Shown: in pieces, positions 1 to 11,952 of the stretch
Position numbering within the stretch: the stretch's first letter is position 1
Layout of the letters: each line of letters opens with the position of its first letter
Assembly (NCBI GenBank): GCA_028534125.1
Contig: CM052816.1
Span: 52,640,001 to 52,704,000, forward strand
Source: Lama glama
Lineage: Eukaryota
Direction: 5' to 3'
DNA length: 64,000 nt
Position numbers and translations under genes: made by a program
Notes under the pieces: generated by a model
What the model was told of the DNA's origin: nothing
The model's input: only the letters and a program-made list of their open reading frames with translations
The model's database searches: none

Positions 1-921
1 TTTATAACTGCCACTCTCTGGAATGACCATTCTGTTTCTTTGTATGGTATTTCACATATCTCTTATTAAAGTTTGGGTAGATTGAATGAAAGCCAAGCTT
101 GTCTTAATTCTCAGCCTAACTCAGGAAATCACACGAGAGGAAATACGTTTAGAGTTACGTGTGGAGAATGGAAAGATTTCTCAGACTGTTTTAGACACTT
201 CTCTGCTAGTTGAAGGCTATCCAGTGTAGTTTCTATTTCTATCTGTGGCAAATTCATTACAGACAAATGAAGGGAACCATGAAATCCCTACATATGCAGA
301 AAGTGAAACCAAGAGTCCCCATTAGCACTTTGCACTCTTCCATCTTGCCATCAACAATTACCGGAAAGTTTCCTGACCTCTGTCTGGCACTGCCCCCTCC
401 CATCCCACTTCCTTTCTGATCTTCAGTACACTTCACTGTTTGCTACAGCATATTAGAACAACAAATTCTATTGGCTACCACTGTTCACCATTTAGACAGA
501 AAAACTAAACTTTAAAGAAATAAAGAGTTATGTTTGAGGAACTTAGTTTTTGCAAGGAAAAAAGCCATCTAACACAATTGATTCAAATAGTTCACTGGGA
601 ATACTTTTTTCCTATTGGAAAATTAAGAGTTAATTTTTTATTCTTTTTCCTTTCCTATAAATCCCCTGTACCTCTGCTGAAATATTTCCTCTCTGCTTTA
701 TGAAAGCATCTTGAGAAGATAAGGGAGAGTTTTGCTTTGCATATATTCAGAACTCTCAAAACGCCTGCCTATCAAGTGGCTGATAAGATTCTATGTCTTG
801 TTTTTTTTTTTTTTTTTAAAAAGTACCTGTGAATATCTTGCTGGTTTGTGGTCATTGATGGCAGCTGCTTCAAGTCTTTTATGAGGCAGCTGAACCCCAG
901 GACCTGAATCTTGCACTCTAG

Positions 922-1020
922 ATGTGCGGTACGCTGGTTAAGGGTAGTTTTCTAAGGTCTGACTCAGTTCTAAATAACCCCTCTTCTAGCATGTCCAGGG
1001 ATGCTAGTGCTCTCCTTAGG
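922..1020 (+). CDS. Candidate 99-nt phase 0-0 cassette exon (MCGTLVKGSFLRSDSVLNNPSSSMSRDASALLR)
   Basis: Weak acceptor tcttgcactctag|922; consensus donor AGG|GTAAGT at 1020/1021; open in the frame that joins the 1780 exon. Confidence 0.25.
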
Positions 1021-1229
1021 GTAAGTCTGAAACTCTTGGGTACTTTCTCAATATGCTCCTTATTACTTTGTTTCTCGGGAGCAGACTTAGAACTGATCCG
1101 ATGTTTGCAGTGCCTAGGTCTAATAATTTGTCCTCCTTTCTGTCTTCTTCTAGCTTCCCTTGGAAGCCTAAAAGAGGTGATCTTTTGGAGTGGAGTGAGG
1201 TCATTTTTATTGAGGCAATGAGGTTAAGT

Positions 1230-1440
1230 TGAAAGAACAACAGTGTTAGAAGACCCAGGTTCAGATTTCAGCTCTGATAGTAGCTTTGCAACCTAATGCA
1301 AATTTGGTAACCTTTCTGAGCTTCACTTTTCTAATCTGTAAAATGGAGAATGATTGTGTCTTTTTTTCCTTTATAATTGTGTTGGGAAGATCAAGTGAGG
1401 TGTTGTACATGAACATACTATGTAAACCGTGGAGCTTAGT
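1230..1440 (+). mobile_element. MIR SINE, diverged
   Basis: Core 'aacctttctgagcttcactttt...atctgtaaaatggag' resembles the MIR core. Confidence 0.7.
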
Positions 1441-1779
1441 GTAACAGAAATTTTGCTTTTATATTTCTATTAGAAGATCTCTTAAACCAGGTTGTGCTAT
1501 GGCTGAGTTCAGTAGACTGTTCACTTTGTGGAATTACTATAATTTTGTGAAGGCATCAAGAATGAGCCATATTGCCTTTATACATATAGTGAGTCAGCTA
1601 GTATTTAGACACGACGTTTAGAATTTTTAAGAGATTATTTGCAAGAAAAAGGTCTCTCTAGCAGTCCTGGGAACGTAAGGTTCTGCACTCGTCAAGGCTG
1701 TAGTCTGGATGGGGAGGCCACAGTCCACGTAAGTGGTGCCACAGCCATTAGTCAGATGTACCTTTTGTATTTTCCACAG

Positions 1780-1887
1780 ATGGATGACAATCTTCGCCAA
1801 AGCCCTCAGCTTCCTCCTCGGAAACTGCCAACACTTAAACTGACTCCAGCAGAAGAAGAAAGTAATTCCTTACGACTGTCACCCTGA
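1780..1887 (+). CDS. Coding exon near the C-terminus of an unidentified gene ([35 protein letters not shown]), with an internal phase-1 donor after 1861
   Basis: Strong acceptor ccttttgtattttccacag|1780; open frame to TGA 1885-1887; AA|GTAATT at 1861/1862; followed by 3'UTR-like sequence carrying miRNA seed sites. Confidence 0.65.
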   Translation: MDDNLRQSPQLPPRKLPTLKLTPAEEESNSLRLSP

Positions 1888-2645
1888 CAGTCATCATGCT
1901 TTGTATCCAAAGTAGTATAATTGTTGCAGTAATCTCACTAAGCGTGCGAAGGCAAACAAGAAAATGCTATAAATGGGTATAAGGAAGACTCTAAAACAAA
2001 AGGAACTTTCTATGACAGCAATTTCTTTTTAGCTAGGAAGCTTGTGTTTTAGCTTGGCAATGCACTTTAACTAACATCAACGTGAATGTTAAATGAACTT
2101 GGGGAAAAAAGAAAACACATTGTACTGTATATAAAAAATCTGCCTTAACCTCGGCAGATTTTTGTCTTTGGTTCACATTTGCTGGCCAAAAGCTCCACTT
2201 CTGTTCTGAATGTGCACTCTTAATTTATTCAAGTTAATTTATTAATTTAGTTTCCTTAGCCAGTTTGAATATCTAATCTGTGGCTCTTGGGCTGAGGCCT
2301 TTTTCTTCTGGTTAGAAATCTGATGCCTATTTTAGACATTAGGAAAAGTATATTATTCTAATATTCTATTTACTTCAATAGAAAAGCCTGTATTTAACTT
2401 TAAAAAGCAACAAGGAATGTGTTTTTAAATTACGCTTTCATAAGTCTAATCTTTTGGGGAAATATATAAATATTAAAGGTGGTTACATATACTATTTGTC
2501 TGACTATATGCACTTCAATATAGCAGTGTTTGCTGATGTGTTCAATGTAGGTTAGCAAGGGTTCTTTTAATTTATTGGAGCTTTACACCTGTGTATTCAT
2601 AGTACATCTTTAACTCTAGGCATCTCTTTCTTGGATTGATTTCAG

Positions 2646-2815
2646 GAGAGCTGAATGTGTTGGTCATTGTCACTATGCCAGGCCGTAAAGTCTCGCTGAA
2701 ACTTGCCCAGGTGTTAGATACCTCGCGGGAGGGGCCCACCGACAGTAATAGATGTACCTACTGTGCGTCTGGTCCGAGTTCACCGTGCTTGGGTCAGACC
2801 AGTGTTCTTTCATAA
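2646..2815 (+). CDS. Candidate alternative terminal exon (R-ELNVLVIVTMPGRKVSLKLAQVLDTSREGPTDSNRCTYCASGPSSPCLGQTSVLS*)
   Basis: Acceptor tctttcttggattgatttcag|2646; GC/CpG-richer than the AT-rich flanks; open for 55 codons in the phase set by the 1861 donor; TAA 2813-2815. Confidence 0.35.
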
Positions 2816-5024
2816 GAAACATATCATGTGGTCAAAAGCTTTATGACAATTAATTATTTTCCATAAAATTTAACTACAGTGGAAGGATCCAATGGAATAA
2901 TTGGAAACAGCAGTTGATTTTTAAGAACATTTTCTATATATTGGTTGCTGAATGGTTAAAGGATTTGCTGTGCAGGTAATTTTTACTTATAATAGAATCT
3001 TACTTATTTTAGTGGCTGAGGTGCTGCTGTTGTCCTAAAACCACTTCTGGGTTTTTTTAAAATATAGGACCATGTTTTTGATTAGTGTCTTAAAAGACAA
3101 CTATGGTGCTCAGCAAATCTTATCACATCCTGCAGAAACCCCCAGGTTAAGAAAACAGCTTTGTAGTCAAGAGATTTGTCTAATTTGAGCTAAGTTGGGC
3201 TCAGCTTTGACCTGTATCCTCTCAATTTGTTCCGTATCTAGGTAGCTATTTATACAAGAGTCTTTAAGTCATTGTAAATATTTTTTCTTGAAGGTTTTAA
3301 TTAAATGTGAAACGTGGTAGTGTTCAAAATCTTGTTCATCTGTTTGGATGCATTGAGGGAAAGTAACTCATGAGTTTCACATTACTTCTGCAACAGGTGG
3401 GAAAGGGTGTGTGTTACATGTTAGACTTCTATTGGATTCCAGCAATTGGAAATCTGTATGAATATTCTATGTTGGAAATTGTGACTGCAGGACTTTATTG
3501 TCCTCTTGGAATTGATGTATCTTGGAGAAGGGTGGTTAGCACGTTAATCAGACATCTGTTTATGCTTTAGTCAGGGTTAGTTGTTTTCAGTTACGATTTC
3601 TATTAAAACTTCCAAAAAGCGTTTGAAGTGGCTTATGATTGTCAAACACGTGTAAAACAGGATGACTAAAATTATTTTTTGGAAAAATAAAAAATGTGTT
3701 GGAGAGAGAACTATAATAGACCTAGCAGGTTCTAAAATCAAATGGTAAATTTAACTCCGAGTTTCTCCGTGGGCAAAGTCAAAAGATTATACTGGGTTAC
3801 ATAAATTTTTCTGTCTGCAAAACTACTAATACCCATGAGTACGAAAACTGTTTTTTACATTTTTATAAGAATGTGGGAGATTGTGTTCTTGTGACACAAA
3901 GATGCAGCCAATTAAGCATACTGTCATGTTTGCTGTGTTGGAAGTTTAATCAAAAGATGCCATTTTAGGATAACAAGTATTTGTCATTTTTTTAGTAGAG
4001 AAGACAACAGTAAGTATGACTTATTTCCTTTTGGTCATTCCTGCTTTGAACTGCCTTTAGATGTATACTGTATGGGCCATGATGCTTCCAGACTACCTCT
4101 CCTAAGATGCAAAATATGATTTAGGTAAGTAAGACCTGATATGTTGGGTTACTTAGTTGACCTTGGTATAAGCCAACGAGATGCCCAGAAGCTATCATCG
4201 CACACACCACTCCAGGGACCAGCCACACATATAGGAAGCTCTTGGAAAGGAACAGCTTTCTAGACAGGGCAGAGAGCTTGTGATCAACCTGTCAGGATCT
4301 GCTATGGATAATTTGCTGAGATAAATGGTCCACAGTCTTTAAAGACTGTGAGCAACTTTCTTTTGGACGTGATGGTGGAGAATAATATGATAAAAGGGAC
4401 TATGTTTGTGTTTATATTTCTTGGCATTATAGGATTAGAAAATAGGTCAGATAAAGTAAAGATCTTCCATCCACAAACTCATCGGTCATCCATAAGCCTG
4501 ACCATTCTCATAATACCAAAGAAACTATAAAGAATATTGAGGATAGTCATTCCTACACACTGTTTTTTTTTTTCCTCTAAAAGGTTGGCATTAACAAATG
4601 AATCAAATTTCAACCTAGGTATATTTGTATTATTTTTTGAGTGCTAGAGGATTGGTGATTTCACATTAAATCCAAAGCATTTTGATTTCCATTTGTAACT
4701 TCTGTTTATTTAATATTGCTTGATATATTAACATGAAAGAACAGGGAAGCTTATTTCAGAGTGCTAAGTTACAATTTTCAGAAGCCTGCAAGATGGAAAA
4801 CTAGACATCAAAAGAGGCAGAAATTGGTTAACAGTGATAGTACCTGAGAAAACCAAGTTTTAGAGGCAGCATCTTGTGAAAAAAGTGGTAAAGTTGGTAG
4901 TATGTTTTCTTAGATCCTCTTCCAGGAATAGACATTTACCAGGTCTATTAGATTTTTTGACAAGTTTTTCATAAACTGTCAAAAATTTTCTCTCTCTCAA
5001 ACCAGAATATAAATGCTTAAATGT

Positions 5025-5130
5025 AAAGATAAGAAGCTGAATGATGGTTACATAGGACCACTCTGTACTATTTTTGGAACTTCTTGTGAGTCTATAATTA
5101 TTTCAAAATAAAAGGGTTTTAAAAATAAAT
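5025..5130 (+). mobile_element. Old L1 (L1MC/L1MD-type) 3' end fragment
   Basis: 'ctctgtactatttttggaacttcttgtgagtctataattatttcaaaataaaag' is a typical L1M 3' terminus. Confidence 0.65.
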
Positions 5131-6369
5131 TCAGTAGAGTAAATTTATCACTATCTACATAAGTTATGATTTAAAATTTAATGCTTCAAATATAGTATTC
5201 AGTTCCAGATGAATAAATACATAATATAAATTAAATATAATTGATTTCATTTTTGAGTTTAAAGGAAAAAGAAACTCAGGTTTGTAACAAATGATTATGT
5301 AAAGATCTATTTTGCCTTGTCAGCAAAGAAAAAACAACAAGCTAGAACCAAGAACCCCTTTACCCTAGGATATAAAAAAATTCTATGATTTTATGTTTGT
5401 AATTACATCTTTTTCTTCCTGTGGGACCTGGGTTTACTTTTGAGGATAAATGTTTTGAGAAGAGCCCTTCTGTGTCTTTGTGTGGCAGTCCCTCTTTGCT
5501 GTGCATGTGTTCTCCAACTACACAGCACACGAAATGCACTCTAGGACCACGCTTTAATGAAGAAGGCTAGGCATGTCTGCATGCTTTTTATTTTAAGCTC
5601 ATAGGGATTTAGTGATTGACTTTGTCTTGGTTGTTTATATAATTAAAGTCCTGAGCAGAGCCACATAGTGTATTTGGGTTGTGATGGTGGTCTTTTGTGT
5701 ATGTTGTTCGCATTAGTAATCATCTTTTGCCTTTTTTCTTATTCAGCTCTGTGGAATTTACATCTTCTTTTCACTGTTTTCATATTTCTTAAACAGATTG
5801 TTAGGAAATTTGCTAGTTACATGAATCAAAAATCAGTAATCCTAGCCTCAAAGGTTTTATTGAAATTTCATGAGATCTTCAAAATGTTGATTTTCACAGA
5901 GATATAAAGATGGAGTGTTTTTTTTTTAAGGGGTTTGCAAAATAATTTAGCCCCAAACTCTTGCTGGGAAATAATATTTGTTAGAAACCTGAGTTACCTG
6001 CCCTAGGCTTAAAATGCTTGTGATTGAGGTGGAGAGGTACTCTCAGAATAAAAAAGCATACAAAAATTGTTTGTTGCAGATGAGGAGTCCAGTGATTACT
6101 GATGAGAATTAACATTTTTGAGCAATGATGTAAGGGTAACTTTGAGTTGGATGTTTGTAAATAGAGGGTGAGTGTTACAATAGAAGACTATTCAGAGCAA
6201 AACAAAGTAGCTTCTATAGAAAAAAAATACAGGAAAGTAAGTCTTTTTGTATGCTCATTATTAATTTGAAATCATATTGTAAGATTTTTTAAAACTATCT
6301 TTTCGTTTCTTGGAGAAGGAGTTCAAGATATATCTTGGCAAAATATATTTTATATTATTATGTAGAGGG

Positions 6370-6595
6370 TTATGTGGCCAGGTAAGTTTGGGAAATGCTG
6401 GGTTGGACAAAGTTAAGTTACTGTGGGCTTTTCAGGACCTTGGATATGCTGTGGTGTGATTTCAAACTCTAAGAAGGGCCTGTTATTTTATATGCCATTT
6501 CCCTAATTTATTTTTATGTGGATTTTTTTTTTTAAGTAGGTGTCATGTGAGATTTTTGTCCTGGGAAATACACTTAGGGAAATGCTGCCCTAGAG
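6370..6595. mobile_element. Possible hAT-Charlie (MER-type) DNA transposon relic
   Basis: Repeated 'gggaaatgctg' motif and 'cacttagggaaatgctg' terminus. Confidence 0.3.
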
Positions 6596-6935
6596 TGTTT
6601 TTGCTTGTTTGTGCTCATTGCAAAGGTTTCCTGTTGTTGGCTGCCCCTCTAGTGAGTGGTGATAAAATGGGAAGAGACAGGTTAGGAATCCCTTGGACCA
6701 TGGAGTTGACGGAGGAGTCACTGAGGTTTAGTTAAGTTGCTTGTTTAGGCACATGAAGTCACATGTTGGTCAGTCCAGCCTCTTTCCCTAGAATCCCAGG
6801 TGGCTTGGAAGAGCTGTACAGGGGTGTGGACTGGTGGTTTCAGAGAACTAACCACTTCTTAGGCATCTATGAAACAGAGGGAACCAACTTGGAATTCTAG
6901 AACAATTTTCCAAACTGTTTTTGGTTATACTTTAA

Positions 6936-7045
6936 AAGTGACAAAAAGATTTCATGTATAACTGAAAAATTGTGCTTCACAGTGGAATTTGATACAACAT
7001 TGTGAAATGACTATAACTCAATTGAAGAAAAGTTAAAAAAAAAAG
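6936..7045 (+). mobile_element. Lineage-specific L1 3' terminal fragment with A-tail
   Basis: Closely matches the 3' end of the L1 at 10590-10690 (catgtataactgaaaaattgtgc...gactataactcaat). Confidence 0.85.
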
Positions 7046-7449
7046 AAAATTCACTCATCAAACTAATCACAGTTCCCTATAAATATTATATCTGACAAAA
7101 GTCTAGGGATACATACGGTTTTGCAACCTTCGCTGCACAAGGTCATAGATAACACTGTGTTAAATATATAGTTCATAGCTGCATTCACTTTGTATTCTTT
7201 GTGACATTTTATTGGCTCTCATGCTGTTATGGGTAATAGGGTAGTGTCCACAGAACCAAAAATGGCAAAAGAGTTTTTCTTCCATTACCTGTGCTTTTTC
7301 CTTTTTTAAAATAAGAAAATCATAAGAAGAGCACAGTAGGAAGTTGTCTCCAGTTCAAATTAAGAATCAAATATTGTAGCCAAAGGAGAGTTTTTAAAAA
7401 ACAGTTCTGTGTTTTTATATAGAAAACTGTTGTATTTTTTGAAACTTGT

Positions 7450-7605
7450 AATTATGTGAAGTGATGGATATTAAGTAAACATTATGGCAATCATTTTGCT
7501 ATAGACACATATATTGAATAATTATGTTGTATACCTTAAACTATTACAATGTTACATATCAATTATATATGAATAAAACTGGGGAAAATATTTAAAAAAA
7601 TAAAA
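7450..7605 (+). mobile_element. L1MA9-like 3' end fragment
   Basis: 'ttatgttgtataccttaaactattacaatgttacatatcaattatat...aataaaactgg' followed by an A-rich tail. Confidence 0.75.
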
Positions 7606-8153
7606 GTAACAAAAGGCAGTGGTATTTATAGCCCTAATGTCACATACAAGCTGGTCATTATATACACACAGTGTCATAGAAAGTTCACAGTTGCTTTGGT
7701 GACAAAAACAAAGGAAATTTAATATTTTCAAGATCTATTACTGAAGATATGGTCTAAATGAGGATTGTATGTTTATGTGTGCATTTTCTAAGATGAGGGT
7801 TTAGAGTTTTTTATTAAATTCTCAGCTGTTTTTATATCCTAAAAAACTTAAACCTCTCTAGACCTCCAAATTTTAGAAGACTAAATATGTTTGATTTCAT
7901 TTCAAAGTATGAAACCAGTTCACAAATCAGGTGTAAGGATGCTCTTTGTTTTCCGCAATGTATACTGTTGCATATTTGGAAATGCATGCTTTGAATGTGT
8001 ATTTGATAGAAAGCTTGCCTTTGGGTTTGAGTTGTGGTGTAATGGTGAACATCTCGCCATGTGAAAAGCAGTTGGATCTTTGTTCTGATCCTTTAGATTT
8101 CCTCATGCAAATTTGGAGAAATGCCTTTTAATCATTGAGTTTACATATTGCAG

Positions 8154-8338
8154 ATCCTTGGAAGTCAGGAAAAAAAGACTTGCCAGAGTTTGCATCAGTC
8201 CTGAGCGAGTCATGCAGTATAGAGAAGGCTATGCCGGCCATTTGTTCTTGGGACTGTTGGCTGCCTCTCCTGCAGTGCTGGCATCTTTATTTCTTGGAGA
8301 AGGACGGGTGTACTCAAGCTTTTATGTTAATTGCATAA
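8154..8338 (+). CDS. Candidate distal terminal exon, coding part (N-PWKSGKKDLPEFASVLSESCSIEK...AFMLIA*)
   Basis: Acceptor tttacatattgcag|8154; open for 60 codons in the phase set by the 1861 donor; followed by ~450 nt of repeat-free UTR-like sequence and AATAAA. Confidence 0.45.
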
Positions 8339-8784
8339 AGATGAGCTTTATTCTTCTTCTGACTTGATATTTTATTTTGTAAACTGAGAAATAATGCCTT
8401 TCCATTTTTTCTGTTCATTCCTGAAGTGGAAATCTTAGGTGTCTGTAATGTAACTTTAGCTTCCTGGAAGACTGATAGCAAAGAGGACAATAGGAAATAC
8501 ATGTATACTCATACTGGTTCTGTTCCATCAAGCTCATCTTTGAATGGTAAACATTTCAAACATCTGTTCTAGTGTACAAATACTGTAGTTCTGTTATAAA
8601 GTAAACAGTCTTAAAATAAGCAATGTTGATCACAATTTCAATATTCTAGCCTTGCCTAGTGCGAATATATTTTACTCAGAGACTATGTATAAATACCCAG
8701 AAGTGGTGATGATGATCATTGTTGTAAAGAATTTATTCTGATAAATGAGAAACTGGATACAATGTTGAAATTGCTATTTTTCAC

Positions 8785-8790
8785 AATAAA
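8785..8790 (+). terminator. Polyadenylation signal AATAAA of the distal terminal exon
   Basis: AATAAA with upstream TGTA motifs and a downstream T/GT-rich tract (gaatgtttatt...atgttatttattt). Confidence 0.6.
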
Positions 8791-8948
8791 ATCTCAAATT
8801 GCTTGAATGTTTATTAACTCCTGGTTTAATGTTATTTATTTCTGGAGGTGAATATTTCATTGGGGAGAATTTTTGGGTGGTTGAAAATAGTTCTGTACTA
8901 GAACTAGGCTAGATAGAGGGTTGTTCTTTTTAAAATATCCATTCTTTG

Positions 8949-10756
8949 GAAAGATACCACATGCTCCTGGATTGGAAGGGCCAATATTGTTAAAATGGCC
9001 ATACTGCCCAAGGCAATCTTCAGATTTAATGCAATCCCTATCAGATTACCCAGGACATTTTTCACAGAACTAGAACAAATCACATTAAAATTTATATGGA
9101 ATCACAAAAGACCCAGAATTGCCAAAGCATCACTGAATTAAAAGAATGAGGCTGGAGGAATAACCCTCCTAGACTTCGGACAATACTACAGAGCTACAGT
9201 AATCCAAACAGCATGGTATTGGTACAAAAACAGACATATAGACCAATGGAACAGAACAGAGAGCCCAGAAATGAATCCACAAACTTTTGGTCAATTAATC
9301 CTTGCCAAAGGAAGCAAAAACATACAGTGGAATAAAGACAGTCTCTTCAGCAAACGGTATTAGGAAAACTGGACAGCTGCATGTAAATCAATGAAGTTAG
9401 AATATTCCCTCAAACCATACACAAAAATAAACTCAAAATGGCTTAAAGACTTAAACATAAGACAAGACACAATAAATCTCCTAGAAGAAAACATAGGCAA
9501 AACATTGTCTCACATACATCTTAGCAATGTTCTCCTAGAGCAGTCTACCCAAGCAATAGAAATAAAAGCAAGAATAAACAAATGGGACCTAATTAAACTT
9601 GCAAGCTTCTGCACAGCAAAGGAAACCATAAGTAAAACAAAACGACAACCTACGGAATGGGAGAAAATTTTTGCAAACGAAACTGACAAAGGATTGATCT
9701 CCAGGATATATAAGCAGCTCATATGACTTAATAAGAAAAAAACAAACAACCCAATCCAAACATGGGCAGAAGACCTAAACAAGCAATTCTCCAAGGAAAA
9801 AATACAAATGATCAATAGGCACATGAAAAAATGCTCAATATCACTAATTATCAGAGAAGTGCAAATCAAAACTACAATGAGGTATCACCTCACACCCGTC
9901 AGAATGGCCATTATAAAAAAGTCCACAAATGACAAATGCTAGAGAGGCTGTGGAGAAAAGGGTACCCTCCTACACTGCTGGTGGGAATGCCGGTTGGTGC
10001 AGCCACTGTGGAAAACAGTATGGAGATTCCTCAAAAAACTAGGAATAGACTAACCATTGACCCAGTAATCCCGCTCCTGGGCATATATCCAGAAGGAATC
10101 CTACTTCAAAAAGACACTTGCACCCCAATGTTCATAGCAGCACTATTTACAATAGCCAAGATATGGAAGCAGCCTAAATGCCCATCAACAGATGACTGGA
10201 TAAAGAAGAGGTGGTATATTTATACAATGGAATACTATTCAGTCATAAAAACCATCAACATAACGCCATTTGCAGCAACATGGATGTTCCTGGAGAATGT
10301 CATTCTAAGTGAAGTAAACCAGAAAGAGAAAGAAAAATACCCTATGAGATTGCTCATATGTGGAATCTAAAAAAACCCAAAAAACAAAAAACATAAATAC
10401 AAAACAGAAATAGACTCATAGACATAGAATACAAACTCGTTGTTGCCAAGGGGCGGGGGGTGGGAAGGGATAGACCGGGAGTTTCAAAATTAGTAGATAC
10501 TGACTGGCATATGTAGAATAGATAAACAAGATTATATGGTATAGCACAGGGAAATATATACAAGATCTTGTGGTAGCTCACAGTGAAAAAAAAAAGTGAC
10601 AATATATGTATGTTCATGTATAACTGAAAAATTGTGCTCTGCACTGGAATTTGACACAACATTGTAAAATGACTATAACTCAATAAAAAAAGTTTTAAAA
10701 AAAGTTTTAAAAAAAGTTGGACACCCAATTAAATTGAAATTTTAAACAAACAAAAA
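8949..10756 (+). mobile_element. 5'-truncated LINE-1 (ORF2 C-terminal part, 3'UTR, tail); probably chimeric, with a host portion to ~9600 and a younger element after it
   Basis: ORFs 9391-9726 ([14 protein letters not shown]...KWDLIKL) and 9936-10370 (PMFIAALFTIAK.WKQPKCPS) are L1 ORF2p; stops and frameshifts present; A-rich tail. Confidence 0.95.
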
Positions 10757-11952
10757 AAGAAAACATAGGCAAAACATTATCTCACATACATCTTAGCAAT
10801 GTTCTCCTAGAGCAGTCTACCGAAGCAATAGAAATAAAAGCAAAAATAAACAAATGGGACCTAATTAAACTTAAAAGCTTTGCACAGCAAAGCAAACCAT
10901 AAGCAAAACGACAACTTACAGAATGGGAGAGAATATTTGCAAAAGATGAGACTGACAAGGGTTTGATTTCCATAATATATAAACAGCTCATAATGACTTA
11001 ATAAAACAAACAACCCAATCCAAAAGTTGGCAGAAGAACTAAACAAGCAATTCTCCAATGAAGACATACGAATGACCGATAGGCAAATGAAAAAATGCTC
11101 AATATCACTAATTATCAGAGAAATGCAAATCAAAACTACAATGAGGTATCACCTCATACCCGTCAGAATGGCCATCATTCAAAAGTCCACAAATGATAAA
11201 ATGCTGGAAAGGTTATGGAGAAAAGGGAACCCTCCTACACTGTTGGTGGGAATGCAGTTTGGTGCAGCCATTGTGGAAAACAGTATGGAGATTCCTCAAA
11301 AGACTAAAAATAGACTTACCATATGATCCAGCAATCCCACTCCTGGGCATACATCCAGAGGGAACCTTAATTCAGAAAGACACCTGCACCCTAATATTCA
11401 TAGCAGCACTATTTACAATAGCCAAGACATGGAAACAACCTAAATGCCCATCAACAGATGACTGGATAAAGAAGCTGTGGTATATTTATACAATGGAATA
11501 CTACTCAGATATAAAAAATGATAAAATAATGCCATTTGCAGCAACATAGATGGCCCTGGAGAATGTCATTCTAAGTGAAGTAAGCCAGAGAAAGAAAAAT
11601 ACCATATGATATCACTCATAAGTGGAATCTTAAAAAAAAGCCAAATGAACTTATATGTAAAACAGAAAAAGACTCACAGACACAGAATACAGACTTGTGG
11701 TTACCAGGGGGGAATGGAGTGGGAAGGGATAAACTGGGAGTTCCAGATTTGCAGATGCTGACTGGTATATATAAAATAGATAAACAAGTTTATACTGTAT
11801 AGCACAGGGAAATATATTCAGTATCTTGTAGTAGCTTATATTGAAAAAGAGTATGAAAATGAATATACATATATTCAAGTATGGCTGAAGCATTGTACTG
11901 TACACTAGAAATTGACACAACAGTATAAACTAATTACACCTCAATAAAAAAA
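10757..11952 (+). mobile_element. LINE-1 3' 1.2 kb of a different, apparently older subfamily, directly abutting the previous element
   Basis: ORF2p motif [23 protein letters not shown]; distinct 3'UTR; outer TSD 8932-8948 vs 11954-11970. Confidence 0.95.

Noticed and set aside
8705..8742. Box C (ATGATGA) ... box D (CTGA) snoRNA or SECIS-like motif in the 3'UTR
   Set aside because: Span of only ~35 nt, with no terminal stem or SECIS geometry
9391..11549. ORFs of 90-144 aa on both strands as host genes or an active L1
   Set aside because: They are L1 ORF2 C-terminal fragments or their antisense frames, broken by stops and frameshifts, in 5'-truncated elements
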